From assembly GCF_009914755.1 (NCBI RefSeq), contig NC_060947.1: a stretch of 64,000 nucleotides of DNA; one strand, 5' to 3'. Made by a program: the position numbers and the translations under genes. Under the pieces are notes generated by a model, which was not told the DNA's origin, did no database searches, and was given only the letters and a program-made list of their open reading frames with translations. The DNA is from the human T2T-CHM13v2.0 reference genome, Homo sapiens. Shown here piece after piece: positions 1 to 21,320 of the stretch (the first letter of the stretch is position 1; every line of letters starts with the position of its first letter).

Positions 1-1440
1 TACGATCAAGTTGGCTCCATACCTGGGATGCAAAGTTAGTTCAACATATGCAAATCAATAAATGCAATCCATCACATAAACATAACCAATGACAAAAAAG
101 TCACATGATTATCTCACTAGATGCAGAAAAGGCCTGTGACATAATTCAACACCCCTTTATGCTAAAAACTCTCAATAAACCAGGTATCAATGAAATGTAT
201 CTCAAAATAATAAGAGCTATTTATGACAAACCTACAGCGAATATCATACTTAATGGGCAACAGCTGGAAGCATTTGCTTTGAAAACTGGCACAAGACATG
301 GATGCCCTCTCTCACCACTTCTATTCCACATAGTATTGGAATTTCTGGCCACGACAATCAGGCAAATGAAAGAAATAAAGGGTATTCAAATAGAAAGAGA
401 GGAAGTCAAATTGTCTCTATTTGCAGATGACATGATCATATATTTAGAAAACCTCATTGTCTCATCTCAAAATCTCCTTAAGCTGATAAGCAATTTCAGC
501 AAAGTCTCAGGATACAAAATCAATGTGCAAAAATCACAAGCATTCCTATACACCAATAATAGACACATAGAGAGCCAAATCATGAGTGAACTCCCATTCA
601 CCATTGCTACTAAGAGAATAAAATACCTAGGAATACAACTTTCAAGGGATGTGAAGGTTATCTTCAAGGAGAACTTCAAACCACTGCTCAAGGAAATAAG
701 AGAGGACACAAACAAATGGAAAAACATTCCATGCTTATGGATAGGAAGAATCAGTATCGTAAAAATTGCCATACTGCCCAAAGTAATTTATAGATTCAAT
801 GCTATCCCCATCAAGATACCATTGACTTTATTCACAGAATTGGAAAAAAACTACTTTTAACTTCATATGGAACCAAAAAAGAGCCCACATAGCCAAGACA
901 CTCCTAAGCAAAAAGAACAAAGCTGGAGGTGTTACGATACCTGACTTCAAACTATACTACAAGGTTACAGAAACCGAAACTGCATGCTACTGGTACCAAA
1001 ACAGATACATAGAACAGAACAGAGGCCTCGGAAATAACACCACACATCTACAACCATCTGATCTTTGACCAACCTGACACAAACAAGCAATGGGGAAAGG
1101 ATTCCCTATTTAATAAATGGTGTTGGCAAAACTGGCTAGCCAGATGCAGAAAACTGAAACTCGACCCCTTACTTACACCTTATACAAAGATTTACTCAAG
1201 ATGGATGAAAGACTTAAACATAACACCTAAAATCATAAAAATCCTAGAAGAAAACCTAGGCAATACCATTCAGGACATAGTAATGGGCACAGACTTCATG
1301 TCCAAAACACCAAAAATAATGGCACCAAAAGCAAAAATTGACAAAAGGGATCTAACTAAACTAAAGAGCTTCTGCACAGCAAAAGAAACTATTATCAGTG
1401 GGAACAGGCAACCTAAAGAATGGGAGAAAATTTTTGCAAT
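1..1440 (+). mobile_element. L1 (L1PA7/8-like) ORF2 fragment covering the RT domain and downstream; 3' end missing
   Basis: ORF 105-860 contains L1 RT motifs ([20 protein letters not shown]). The frame is broken after 860 and the match ends abruptly at ~1440. Confidence 0.95.
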
Positions 1441-1443
1441 TAT

Positions 1444-3771
1444 TATAAAAGCTTCCTTATTTCTCCACATCCTCTCCAGCTTCTGTTGTTTCCTGACGTT
1501 TTAATGATCACCATTCTAACTGCCATGAGATACTATCACATTTTGGTTTTGATTTGCATTTCTCTAATGACCAGTGATGACGAGCTTTTCTTCATATGTT
1601 TGTTGGCCACATAAATGTCTTCTTCTGAGAATTGTCTGTTCATAACCTTCACCCACTTTTTAATGGGGTTGGTTTTTTCTAGTAAACTTGTTTAAGATCC
1701 TTGTAGGATCTGGATATTAGACCTTTGTCAGATGGATAGATTGTAAAAATTTTCTCCCATTCTGTAGGTTGCCTGTTCACTCTGATGATAGTTTCTTTTG
1801 CTGTGCAGAAGCTCTTTAGTTTAATGAGATCCCATTTGTCAATTTTGCTTTCATTGCAATTGCTTTTGGTGTTCCAGTCATGAAGTCTTTGCCCATGCCT
1901 ATGTCCTGAATGGTACTGCCTGGGTTTTCTTTTTTATGATTTTAGGTCTTACATTTAAGTCTTTAATTCATCCTGAGTTAATTTTTGTATAAGGTGTAAG
2001 GAAGGGGTCCAGTTTCAGTTTTCTGCATATGGCTAGCCTGTTTTCCCAACACTACATATTAAATGGGGAATCCTTTCCCCATTGCTTGTTTTTGTCAGAC
2101 TGGTGAAAGATCAGATGGTTGTAGATGTGTGGTGTTATTTCTGAGGCCTCTGTTCTGTTCCGTTGGTCTATATATCTGTTTTGGTACCAGTACCATGGTG
2201 TTTTGGTTACCATAGCCTTGTAGTATAATTTGAAGTCAGGTAGCGTGATATCCCCAGCTTTGTTCTTTTTGCTTAGGACTGTCTTTGCTATACGGGCTCT
2301 TTTTTGGTTCCACATGAAATTTAAAGTACTTTTTCCTAATTCTGTGAATAAATTCAATGGTAGCTTGATGGGAATAGCATTGAATCTATGAATTACTTTG
2401 GGCAGTATGGTCATTTTCACGATATTGATTCTTCCTATCCATGAGCATGGAATGTTTTTCCATTTGTTTGTGTCCTTATTTCCTTGAGCAGTGGTTTGTA
2501 GTTCTCCTTGAAGCAGTCCTTCACATCCTTTGTAAGTTGTATTCCTAGGTATTTTATTCTCTTAATAGCAATTGTGAATGGGAGTTCACTCATGATTTGG
2601 CTCTCTGTGTGTCTATTATTGGTGTATAGGAATGCTTGTGATTTTTGCACATTGATTTTCTATCCTGAGACTTTGCTAAAGTTGCTTATGAGCTTAAGGA
2701 GCTTTGGGCTGAGACAATGGGGTTTTCTGAATATACCATCATGTCATTTGCAAACAGAGACAATTTGACTTCCTCTCTTCCTATTTGAATACCATTATTT
2801 CCTTCTCTTGCCTGATTGCCCTGGCCAGAACTTCCAATACTATGTTGACTAGGAGTGGTGAGAGAGGTCATTCTTGTCTTTTGCTGAATTTCAAAGGGAA
2901 TGCTTCCAGCTTTTGCCCATTCAGTATGATATTGGCTATGGGTTTGTCATAAATAGCTCTTATTATTTTGAGATATGTTCCATCAATACCTAGTTTATGG
3001 AATGTTTTTAGCATGAAGAGGTGTTGAATTTTATCGAATGTCTTTTCTGCATCTATTGAAATAATCATGAGGTTTTTGTCATTGTTTCTGTTTATGTGAT
3101 GGATTACGTTTATTGATTTGCATATGTTGAACTAGCCTTGCATCCCAGGGATGAAACCAACCTGATCATGGTGAATGAGCTTTTTGATGTGCTGCTGGAT
3201 TCGGTTTGCCAGTATTTCTCATTGATGTTAATCAGCAATATTGGCCTGAAATTTTCTTTGTTATTGTTGTTGCTGTTGTGTCTCTGCCAGGATTTGGTAT
3301 CAGAATAATGCTGGCCTCATAAAATGAGTTAGGGAGGAGTCCCTCTTTTTCTACTGTTTGGAATAGTTTCAGAAGAAATTGTACCATCTCCTCTTTTTAC
3401 CTTTGATAGAATTTGGCTGTGAATCCGCCTGGCCCTGGACTTTTTTTTGGTTGGTAGGCTATTAATTATTGCCTCATTTTCAGAAGTTGTTATTGGTGTA
3501 ATTAGGGATTCAACTTCCCTCTAGTTTAGTCTTGGGAGTGTGTTTGTGTCCAGAAATTTATCCATTTCTTCTAGATTTTTCTAGTTTATTTGCATAAAGG
3601 TGTTTTTAGTATTCTCTGATGGTAGTTTTTATTTCCATGGGGTCAGTGTTGATATCCCCTTTATCACTACTTATTGTGTCTATTTGATTCTTCTCTTTTC
3701 TTTTTTATTAGTCTGGCTAGCCGTCTATTTTGTTAATCTTTCCCAAAACCAGCTCCTAGATTCATTGATTT
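1444..3771 (-). mobile_element. L1PA7-like ORF2 middle segment (degenerate)
   Basis: Minus-strand ORF fragments 2052-2420, 2435-2650 and 2868-3068 are L1 ORF2 peptides. There is no 3'UTR at the 1444 end. Confidence 0.93.
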
Positions 3772-4547
3772 TTTTATTATACTTTAATTTCTGGGATACA
3801 TGTGCAGAATGTGCAGGTTTGTGCCAAGGTGGTTTGCTGCACCCATCAACCTGTCATCTACATTACATATTTCTCCAAATGCTATCTCTCCCCTTGCCCC
3901 CCCACCCCCCAACAGGTCCTGGTGTGTGATGTTTCCCTCCTTGTGCCTGTATGTTCTCATTGTTCAACTCCCACTTATGAGTGAGAATATGTGGTGTTTG
4001 GTTTTCTGTTCCTGTGTTAGTTTGCTGAGAATGATGGTTTTCAGCTTCATCAATGTCTATGCAAGGGACATGAACTCCTTCTTTTTTCTGGTTGCATAGT
4101 ATTCCATGGTGTATAATGCCACATTTTCATTATCCAGTCTATCATTGATGGGCATTTGCATTGGTTCCAAGTTTTTGCTCTTGTGAATACTGCTGCAATA
4201 AGCAAACATGTGCATGTGTCTTTATAGTACAATGATTTAGAATCCTTTGGGTATATACCCAGTAATGGGATTGCTGGGTCAGATGGTATTTCTAATTAGA
4301 TCCTTGAATAATCACCACACTGTCTTTCACAAGGGTTGAACTAATTTACACTCCCACCAACAGTGTAAAAGTGTTCCTATTTCTCCACATCCTCTACTGC
4401 GTCTTTTGTTTCCTGACTTTTTAATGATCACCATTCTAAGTGGTGTGAGATGGTATCTCATTGTGGTTTTGATATGCATTTCTCTAATGACCAGTGATGA
4501 TGAGCTTTTTTTCATGTTTGTTGGCTGCATAAATGTCTTCTTTTGAA
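3772..4547 (-). mobile_element. L1PA7-like 3' end (ORF2 C-terminus, 3'UTR, short tail)
   Basis: Starts with ttttattatactttaatttctgggatacatgtgcag (reverse complement of the L1 3' terminus). Peptide [12 protein letters not shown] is at 4327-4530. Confidence 0.92.
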
Positions 4548-7975
<3,428 letters not shown>

Positions 7976-7995
7976 CTTGGTTGTTTTAAATGCGT

Positions 7996-7996
<1 letters not shown>

Positions 7997-8029
<33 letters not shown>
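7997..8029. repeat. (CA)n microsatellite
   Basis: Perfect CA run read directly. Confidence 0.98.
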
Positions 8030-8032
<3 letters not shown>

Positions 8033-8214
8033 TATTTAAATATAAATTTCACTGGGGATAAACCCTGGTTGTTTTATATATATGAAATATATATGTTTGG
8101 ATAGATAAATAGATAGATAGATTCTTAAAACAACCAGGGATTCATCTCAGGAGTGGGATTTCACAGCACAGGTAATGTGCATGAAATGTGTATATGTTGT
8201 TTTAAATATATAAA

Positions 8215-8857
8215 TGTTTCATTCATTTCTTTGTTGTTTTCTAGTCTCAATTTCATTGATTTCTGTTCTTACCTTTATTAGTTTCTGTTTTTTGCTTGCC
8301 TTCATCTTATTTTTCTCTTCTTCCTCGAGTTTCTTGAAGTGGGAGCTTAGATTATTGTTTTAAGGCATCTCTTCTGTTATAATGTAAGCATTTAGTGCTG
8401 TTAATTTTTTTCATTACTGCTTTTACTGCATCTCACAATTTTTGATATTTTTCAGCTCACTCAGTTTAGTGTATTTTTATTTTTCTTGAGACTCTCTATG
8501 AAATACACATCATTCAGATATATGTTGTTTAGTGTCCAAGCGTGTGTAGATTTTTCTGGTAATTTTTTCTGGTTTACTGGTTTTTAGTTTGATTTTATTA
8601 ATGTCACACAACACATTTCTGTATTTCTGTTCTTTTAAATTTGTTGGGGATTATTTTATATCCCAGGAAATGGTCTATCTATTTTGGTATATGTTCCATG
8701 AGCACTTGCAAAGAATGTGTATCCTGCTGCTGGGTGAAGTGTTCTATAAATGTCAATGAGATTCTGCTGGTTGATGGTGATGGTTCTATATCCTTGATGA
8801 TTTCTGGCTTGTTTTATCAAATGTTGATAGAGGTATGTTGAAGACTCCAGCTATAGT
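8215..8857 (-). mobile_element. Old L1M ORF2 (EN region) fragment
   Basis: T-rich sequence with diverged L1 antisense motifs (gttctataaatgtcaatgag, gttgaagactccagctata). Confidence 0.7.
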
Positions 8858-8984
8858 TAGACTGTATACCTAGGCTAAACTAAATTTATCTTTAAAAATG
8901 TCTTTCTTCCATAATAAATTAAAATTAGGTTATTGTAATGCTTTTACTTTATAAACTTTAAACTTTTTAAAAACATTTTTACTC

Positions 8985-9415
8985 TGTTAAGCAAACTAAA
9001 TATGGCTGAGAAAGACTCTGCACTTCTATATTTGAGTCCTTGTGGATGAACCACAACCTAATTTAATACGTAGACAAGACTGAAAACCTAATTTAGGAGT
9101 ATGTGTCTGTAACAATAGCTGAGCCTTGGCTAATCCCAGAAACCATACTTCAACCACTGATACGCTGCTGAGTGTTCAAACTGTGAATAATGCAAACACT
9201 GAGCTGTGACCAATCCAGTTGTTTCTGTACCTCACTTCCAATTTGTGTATGTCACTTCTCTTTTTTTTTTTTTTGTTTATAAATCTTCTTCCATGAAGTG
9301 GCTGTGCTGGCCTCCCTGAATCTGCTGTGATTCTGATGGCTGTCTGATTCATGAATTGTTCATTGCTCAGTTAAACTCCTTTACATTTAATTTGGCTGAT
9401 TTTTTTCTTTTAACA
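8985..9415 (+). repeat. 5' LTR (MER57A-like)
   Basis: TG...CA termini, CCAAT motif, TATAAA and (A/G)TTAAA poly(A)-like signal; homologous to 18405-18831. Confidence 0.93.
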
Positions 9416-9417
9416 GA

Positions 9418-9435
9418 TGATGTCAGAAGTGGCAT
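9418..9435 (+). other. Primer-binding site, tRNA-Leu(CAA)-like
   Basis: TGATGTCAGAAGTGGCAT begins 2 nt after the LTR and matches TGGTGTCAGAAGTGGGAT (complement of the tRNA-Leu 3' end) at 16/18. Confidence 0.8.
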
Positions 9436-11060
9436 CTGAAGTAGAACTTTTAACGACCCCCAGGAGCACTGAGTGAACAAGCAAGGTAACTGCAAGGACC
9501 CAATTGTGTCGTTTGATCTATCAGAGGAGCTAGAGATCTTGGTTAAGTTCTCTTTTGGGTTTTGGAGCTTCATGGATTTGTGTTTTGAGCTCTTTGAGTT
9601 TCTTTGGGCGAATTTCTCATCCAAACTTGGTTTATAAGTCACTATAGAAACCGGACTTGGTCCAGGATTGGATTCGTTCCAGTGATTAACTGGCTTGGAT
9701 CCAGTTAGAGGGCTCTTACACCTGACTGGGTCAGAAAAAAACTGGCAGTAAATGGCAATATTGTAGAAATTGAAAAAAAATTGGCTTCTGGATATTCATG
9801 AGGATTTTTACGTTCTACCCCTTTGTTTCACATTTTTTTTTGTGCACACTTAGGTAGGAAAAATCATTGGCTAAGTTCATCAGGGGAATCTGAGAGCAAA
9901 GCCAATATTTTAGGTACAAATTTAATTTTTAATTTCTGAAGAACTGAGTTCCTCTGGCTAACACATGCATAAATGTTAACCTGGGAAGCAGTGAAGTCTA
10001 ACAGAAATGATGAAAGAGTCACACCTTATCTGTACTTCTGTCTGATTTCCTTGGATACAAACCTACTACATAATTAAAATTACTTACTTGCCAGGTTTTC
10101 TACCAAAAATTAAAATTCTGGAGAGTTACCATTATAACATGTATTTGAGACTACTGAAAAAAGTTTTATATGCAAGGTGTGTGAAGACAATAAAAAGTAT
10201 TTTTGGTAAAATATTATAAGAAGGCATGGGAATGTAAATGTTTGCCTAGATTAAAGGGCTAAATGATTGTTTTAAATTACATAAGATAAAGGTAAACGTT
10301 TCACCAAGTTGTAAAAGGTTCGTAAAAATTAATATTGTAAAACAAATTTTGTCTGTAAACATATTGACTAAATTTAAAGAGGTATTATTATTTTTTCCAT
10401 AACTTGAACATTGAAATAAAAGCACAACAGGGTTTTCTTAGAGCACTAATCTGCTCTTCAACAAAAATTTGTAAAGGGTAATAAAAGGTTTATGGGAATC
10501 TCACCTTATGGTCCAAATGATTAAGATTGAATCAATTTGTCTATAAGATTTCTTAAGAATTAGGGTTAACATTCATGGTACACTAATGCCAGGGTGAAAT
10601 TTTGCTTTCTCTCTTGAACAAGATTTTCATGCAATAGTAAAGGACAATAAAAGATTTTTCTTTGCCTTTTGAATAAACTACCAAAAAAGAAGGGAAAGAC
10701 AAGAGACAGACTGTTTGGAAAGCTAAGGTTTCTGCCTATCAATGACTAACAGTTTTTGCCTTCTTAAATTTTTTGAGTCATCATTTTGGCTAAATGAATG
10801 ACTTACAGTACCTAGAATTCCATTTCATCATATCAAACTGTTTTAAAACTTTACCATATTTGATGGCCTTCCCAAAATCAAATTGCAGCTTCAAAATTAT
10901 ATTATGCGACCTCTAACTTGGAATGCTCCAGAGGGACCCTTAAGCACCCAGAGGAAAGGTAAACAGAATTATTTGACATAGCAAGTTACACGGGAAGCAC
11001 TGTCAAAAAAATTAACTTTCCTCAGGTTATATTTTAGTGAATGATATTAATATATGTTCC

Positions 11061-15726
<4,666 letters not shown>

Positions 15727-15730
<4 letters not shown>

Positions 15731-15818
15731 AATTATATATATATATATATATAATTATATATATATATAATTATATATATATATATAATTATATATATTT
15801 ATAATTATATATATATAT
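15727..15818. repeat. Interrupted (TA)n repeat at the L1 tail position
   Basis: Blocks of TA repeats separated by AATT; self-complementary. Confidence 0.95.
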
Positions 15819-17419
15819 GCTCAAAAATTGTATTGGATTTCAAAATTTCTAATATGTTTGAGTGCTTGCTATTAATCATTATTATGGTTATTATGTTATT
15901 GTAGACAACAGAAAGAATGAAGTTTTCTTTTTAATTGTGTTTTTAACTATAATCCTTTGAAGTCATTTCCACAGTTAGTTGCTTAATGCTGATGCTGTTT
16001 CTGAAAAATTTCACAAGCATGCAAAATCCTAGAATATGGTGTCTTTTAGGAGGTTCATGAAAGGATTGAAAGGTCCCTGAAAATCACTCTTCAATACAGG
16101 TTTCTATAAAATCATATCATTTGGACCGGATAAGAATTCCTGAAATTTTAATGAAAAGGTGGACTGGTTTATAAAACTACTAACCCAAGTAGAACAGAAA
16201 GTTATGGAATAACAAGAAAATACTCTGCCAGATTTGAATGCTGAATCAGCCAATACTGAAATTGTTTAGGTATACAGTTTGAATAAACTCCACGGTCTAA
16301 GTCAAATTACCTATGATAACCCACCAGTTATCAGTGCTATGTACCTAATTTGGAGAAATAACTGGTATTCAAGAGGACATAAGTCTAATGTTAATTAAGC
16401 ATGGACTCATGGAGAAGCAGGACAGCCACTTTGTCCTTCCTGAGTCGTTAAAGCTTTTGTTATTAAAGGTTCTGTATTCTGTGACTCATCATGGAAAAGA
16501 CAAAATGATCCAAATTAATTATATATTAATGTGGTGTCTTCTAAATTCCTAAAATAGTTTATGAACAATATTTGGTTTGTCACACCCATATTCCTGGGAA
16601 AACAATCAAACCTTCAGGTGCATTTGGTTAGCTGATGGGCCATTTAAACATTTTGTATAAGAATTTCATTCAGTTGTCATTTTCAATGCATGTTTTCTGG
16701 TTGTATAAAAGTTTTCCCATGTATGAGGGTTGCTGTTATAACAGTAGATTATTATGCTACAGGGTATTTTCACCAGGTAAAGAAAGTTTTTATGGATCAC
16801 TGACTGAGGACAATCAACCCCTTCACAATCTAGAACCCAAAAATTGGATCTTCTGAGAACATCAGAGAAAGGCTGTATTTGCCATCCACACTACAGCAAA
16901 ACTTCAGGACCTTGAATTTTAAGTTCATAATCTCACAACTGAGAAGGGTCCCTCCACACTCTTGGAACTGTACACCCAGTGAAGCCCTTAAAGTAAAGCT
17001 AACCTGGGAAGTTTCTCCCCAGAAGAAGATGGCATCTCTGATGTGAATAGCTTTTCCCAAGATCAAAGATCAAGACTTCTCTAGCATCATGAGATTCTTG
17101 TCTAACTATTTTTTTCCTTGCTTATGCCTCTGAAGAATAGAAGTGAAAAGAGGGTCTGTTGTGTGTACTTATGGGGTATACTTTTATTTGTGAAGGATTT
17201 TGCAGCCAGCCTTATACATGGATAACCTTATACTTTGACAGATAAAAGACGAAGGCTCAATGTAGACAAGAAGCTTTAACGGTACACACGTTGCCTCATA
17301 ATCAGTCAGAAAGGGAACATTGGTTCACTCCTCTTAACCCACATCATGGGTTAAAGTGAACATTATGAGGAGGCCTTTACTCTTCTAGAGGACATCATTT
17401 GTTAGATCTTTCTTCCTTG

Positions 17420-17890
17420 GTTTGGAGTAAAAGAAGCAATGATTAAAAATGTATCCCTCATGATAGGCTCTATAGCAGATTTTACTGTAAAGGCTATGGC
17501 TACACAACAGACTTTAAATTCTCTTGTGAAAGTTATACTAAATAATAGCATTGGCTCAATGGAAAAATATCTGTGCAGCTGCTGGCACTTGTCGCCTATG
17601 GAGAAATACATAAAATGTAGAATATAAAAATTCAGTTGTAGGGGATTAATGGAAAGACTGCTTAGTTAAGTGAGTAGACTCTTTAGCCCATTCTTTAATC
17701 TATTTAATTTTAAGTGGTTTGATTTATGGGAACCCTGGGTAAGGAGCATACTACAAACTGTTGGTGTTATCCTCCCAATAGTCATAATAGTAGTCTCCCT
17801 TGTGCGCTGCATTCTCTCAAAAGTTTTAAATGTTTGCATGCAGCCATCTATAGAATATCAAATGGTCTCTCTTCAACTGGGATGACAAGA
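17420..17890 (+). pseudogene. Degenerate retroviral env (TM subunit) remnant
   Basis: QQTLNSLVKVILNNSI resembles the heptad/ISD lead-in, and ILQTVGVILPIVIIVVSLVRCIL is a membrane-anchor-like stretch. It lies just before the PPT and is broken by frameshifts. Confidence 0.7.
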
Positions 17891-18404
17891 GCTGAAAAAA
17901 ATATGCAACCATGAACACATGGTAACTTATGAATTACACGCTGAGACCAGAAACCCAAAATGATGGTAACAGAGTGGCACTAAGGCCCTAAGTTTTGGTC
18001 ACACCCTCACCTAAGTAAGAACCTGACCCGAAAAGTAGAGTTTTAAAACAAAATTATGGGAGGCCATTGTTTTGGACTGAGCTCTTGCATTAGGCCCTAA
18101 CAGACCAAACCAAACAAACATGGAGTCACTCATACTAAATATGACATAATCAAACTAAGACTTTAAGGAAACACATAGATCCTAGAACAGACCAGATTTT
18201 GTTTTTCTCCTGCAAACAGGATGTTACAGCATAAGGAGGTACCCTCTACTCTGTCCTTGTTCCCACCTTGTAAAACCCACTGTTCTACTGTTTTCCAGTG
18301 GGTTTCAAGACCAAATAAGTACATTTACAATGGTGATAGTGACATCAATGACTAAAGTTTTGGTCAACATCTCAAAATTGAGAAAGTAACCAAAAGGGAG
18401 GAAT

Positions 18405-18831
18405 TGTTAAAGCCAACTAAATATAGCCTGAGAAGGACTGTACTTCTACATTTGAGTCCATGAGGACAAAGCATAACCTAACTTATTAGGTAGACAAGAT
18501 TGAAAACGTAACTTAGGAGTATGTGCCTGTAACAATAGCTGAGTCTTGGCCAGTCCTAGCAGCCATAGTTCAACCACTCATACACTGCTGAGGGTTCAAA
18601 CTGTGTTCAAATAGTGCAAACACTGAGCTGTAACCAATCCAGTTGTTTCTGTACCTCACTTCCGATTTCTGTATGTCACTTCCCTTTTGTCTATAAATCT
18701 TCTTCCACTACATGGCTGTGCTGGAGTCTCTCTGCATCTGCTGTAATTCTAAGGGCTGCCCAATTCATGAATCATTCATTGCTCAATTAACCTCCTTTAA
18801 ATTTAATTTGGCTGAAGCTTTTCTTTTAACA
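18405..18831 (+). repeat. 3' LTR (MER57A-like), preceded by polypurine tract aaaagggagga (18392-18402)
   Basis: Homologous to the 5' LTR, with TG...CA ends and the ACTC TSD immediately after. Confidence 0.93.
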
Positions 18832-18992
18832 ACTCTTTTGCAATAATACTTAGCTTGACACAAAAACATACTGTACAGCTGTACAAAAATATTTTATTTC
18901 TTTATATCCTTATTTCATAAGCGTTTTTTCTATGTTTGTATTTATTTATTTATTTTTACTTTTTGGACTTTTTGGTTAAACATAAAGATACA

Positions 18993-19302
18993 GGCTGGGC
19001 ACAGTGGCTCAAGTCTGTAACCCCAGCATTTTGGGAGGCCAAGGCAGGAGGATCGCTTGAGGCCAGGAGTTTGAGACCAGCCTAGGCAACATAGGAAGAC
19101 CCTATCTCTATTAAAAAAATATATAAATTAGCCAGGTGTGGTGGTGCATGCCTGTGGTCCTAGCTACTTGGGAGGCTGAGGTGGAAGGGTTGTTTGAGCC
19201 TGGGATGTCAAGGCTTCAATGAGCCATGATCATGCCCCTGCACTCCAGCCCGGGTGAGAGAGTGAGACCAGGTTTCAAAAATAAAAAAAAATAAAAATAA
19301 AA
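18993..19302 (+). mobile_element. AluJ-like element
   Basis: Dimeric Alu with J-type ggatcgcttgaggccaggag and an A-rich tail; degenerate TSD ataaaga(t/c)a. Confidence 0.93.
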
Positions 19303-19792
19303 ATAAAGACAGAAACACACATATTAGCCTAGGCCTACACAGGGTTAGGATTGTCAATATCACTGTCTCCCAACTCTACATCTTGTCCCACTGGAAAGTC
19401 TTCAAGGAATATGAAAACAATGCCTTCTTCTGGAATACCTCCTGGAAGTCCAGCCTGAACCTGTTTTACAGTTATTTTTTTTTAATAAGTAAGAGGAGTA
19501 CACTCTAAAATAATGATAAAAAGTATAGTATAGTAAATGCATACACCAGTAACATAGTCATTTGTTATCATTTTCAAGTATCATGTACTGTAGATAATTT
19601 TATATGCTAGACTTTTATATGACTGGCAGTGCAGTATCATCACAAACGTGAGTAATACATTGCACTATGATGTTACAGTGGGTACGTCACTAGGTGATAG
19701 GAGTTTTTCAGCTCCATTGTAATCTTCAGGGACCACACTATGGTATATGTGGTGTATTGTTCACTGAAACATCATTATATGGCACATGCCTG

Positions 19793-19850
19793 TATATGTG
19801 TGTGTGTGTGTATTTGTGTGTGTGTATATATGTACATATATGTGTATATA
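19793..19850. repeat. (TG)/(TA) mixed microsatellite
   Basis: Read directly from the sequence. Confidence 0.85.
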
Positions 19851-20275
19851 AAAATTGTTATATTGGCCAATTTCCAAAATATGGTTTTCACACAGCAATC
19901 TCAAGTTAATATCCAGAATTCCTTGCTTCTATATATGGCTATCAACCACATTTTATCTGTTGACTCTTCCAGGGACAGACTCCCACTTTGCCTCAATCTC
20001 CCCACCTCCAAAATAACATTTAAGTGAATAGCCTTGTACCTGTCTCAGTAATTTTTTTTTGGTGGTGGTGGGGGGTGATTTATCCCAGGAGTTGGATTTC
20101 AGGGGCCCAGGTAATGTGCATTCTTACTTTGATTAAGCAGTGCCAATTTGCTCAGCAGGATGGCTATAACAGTTCATACTCTTACCAGCAGTGCATAAGG
20201 GCTCTTGTATCTGTGTTTGCATTCAGAAAGATGGAGAATTAAGAAGGTACTGGGGGTGGCACCCAATTGGAGACC

Positions 20276-20792
20276 TGTAGCAGAATATACCCTGAGCTGA
20301 TCTCATTTCTCTCTTAAACAACACAATACTTCCTGTCTCCCCAAATTCATTCTCCCCTCTTTCTATAGCAATAGACCCTCTGATTTTCAGCTGGGCATGA
20401 AGTTGTCTGAAATAAGGACTATATTACCCCATCCCTTTTGCAGCTATTTGTGACCATATGACAACTTTCTGGCCAATTTTATGGAAGCAGAAATGATGTC
20501 TACAACTTCTGGATTGTGACTATAAATGGAAGAACCATTCCCATTGCTATTTTCCTATTGGATAAAATGTGTACACAACAGTGGGCTTGAATCATATAGA
20601 TGAGGGCGAAACCCTGTATACAGTGAAGCAACAATATAAAAATAGCCTAGGTCCCCAATATCAAACACCACCACAAACCACAAATACCTTGTTCCCAGAT
20701 CAATAATGTGAGGGAGAATTAAAACTGTCTTGTTTTAAACACTGTTATTTTAGGACTTTCTTAGATTAGCATTATTAATATCCTGGCTAATC
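20276..20792 (+). mobile_element. Old MaLR LTR (MLT1J-like)
   Basis: Core ggactatattaccccatcccttttgcagct...gaccatatgacaactttctggccaat...gcagaaatgatgt resembles MLT1I/J. Confidence 0.65.
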
Positions 20793-20794
20793 AG

Positions 20795-21320
20795 TTATTT
20801 TATTTAATTGAATCTAGGATGCCTTTGAATGTAAGGTACACATTATTTTGTACACTACTAAGAAAAAATGCTACCAATTACAGTATAACAAATTGTTTTC
20901 TTATAATTCAAAATTTACATTTTATACAAATTGAAAGACCTAATGTAGACTTATTTAAGAGATTATTTTTATCAGACTTTTCTGGTCTGAGTTCTTCTTC
21001 ATACAAAATAGCTTTCTATTTTGATGGAGAATCATGGTGAAATCTTTTTGAGGACATTTTAAATGACAACCTAAATACATGGTGGCAACTATGGACAGTA
21101 CATGTTGGCAACCATGGACATAATTCAGTTTAAGAGAAGACAATATGAATAGTCATGGCAAAGTTCACATGTGCTCAGATACTGACGACACCACCACAAC
21201 TGTATCCTGGCCAACAGCAGTCACATGTTTAAGCATGATTAAAACACCAATGGATTTTAAGACACACCCTGACTTTACATTTTTGAATGTAAAATATGTG
21301 TCTTAAATGACAAAATCTGA
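20795..21320. mobile_element. Old Tc2-type DNA transposon relic (Kanga1/MER104-like)
   Basis: Right end (ggattttaagacacaccctgactt...tgtgtcttaaatgacaaaatctg) resembles the Kanga/MER104 terminus as I recall it. Confidence 0.45.
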
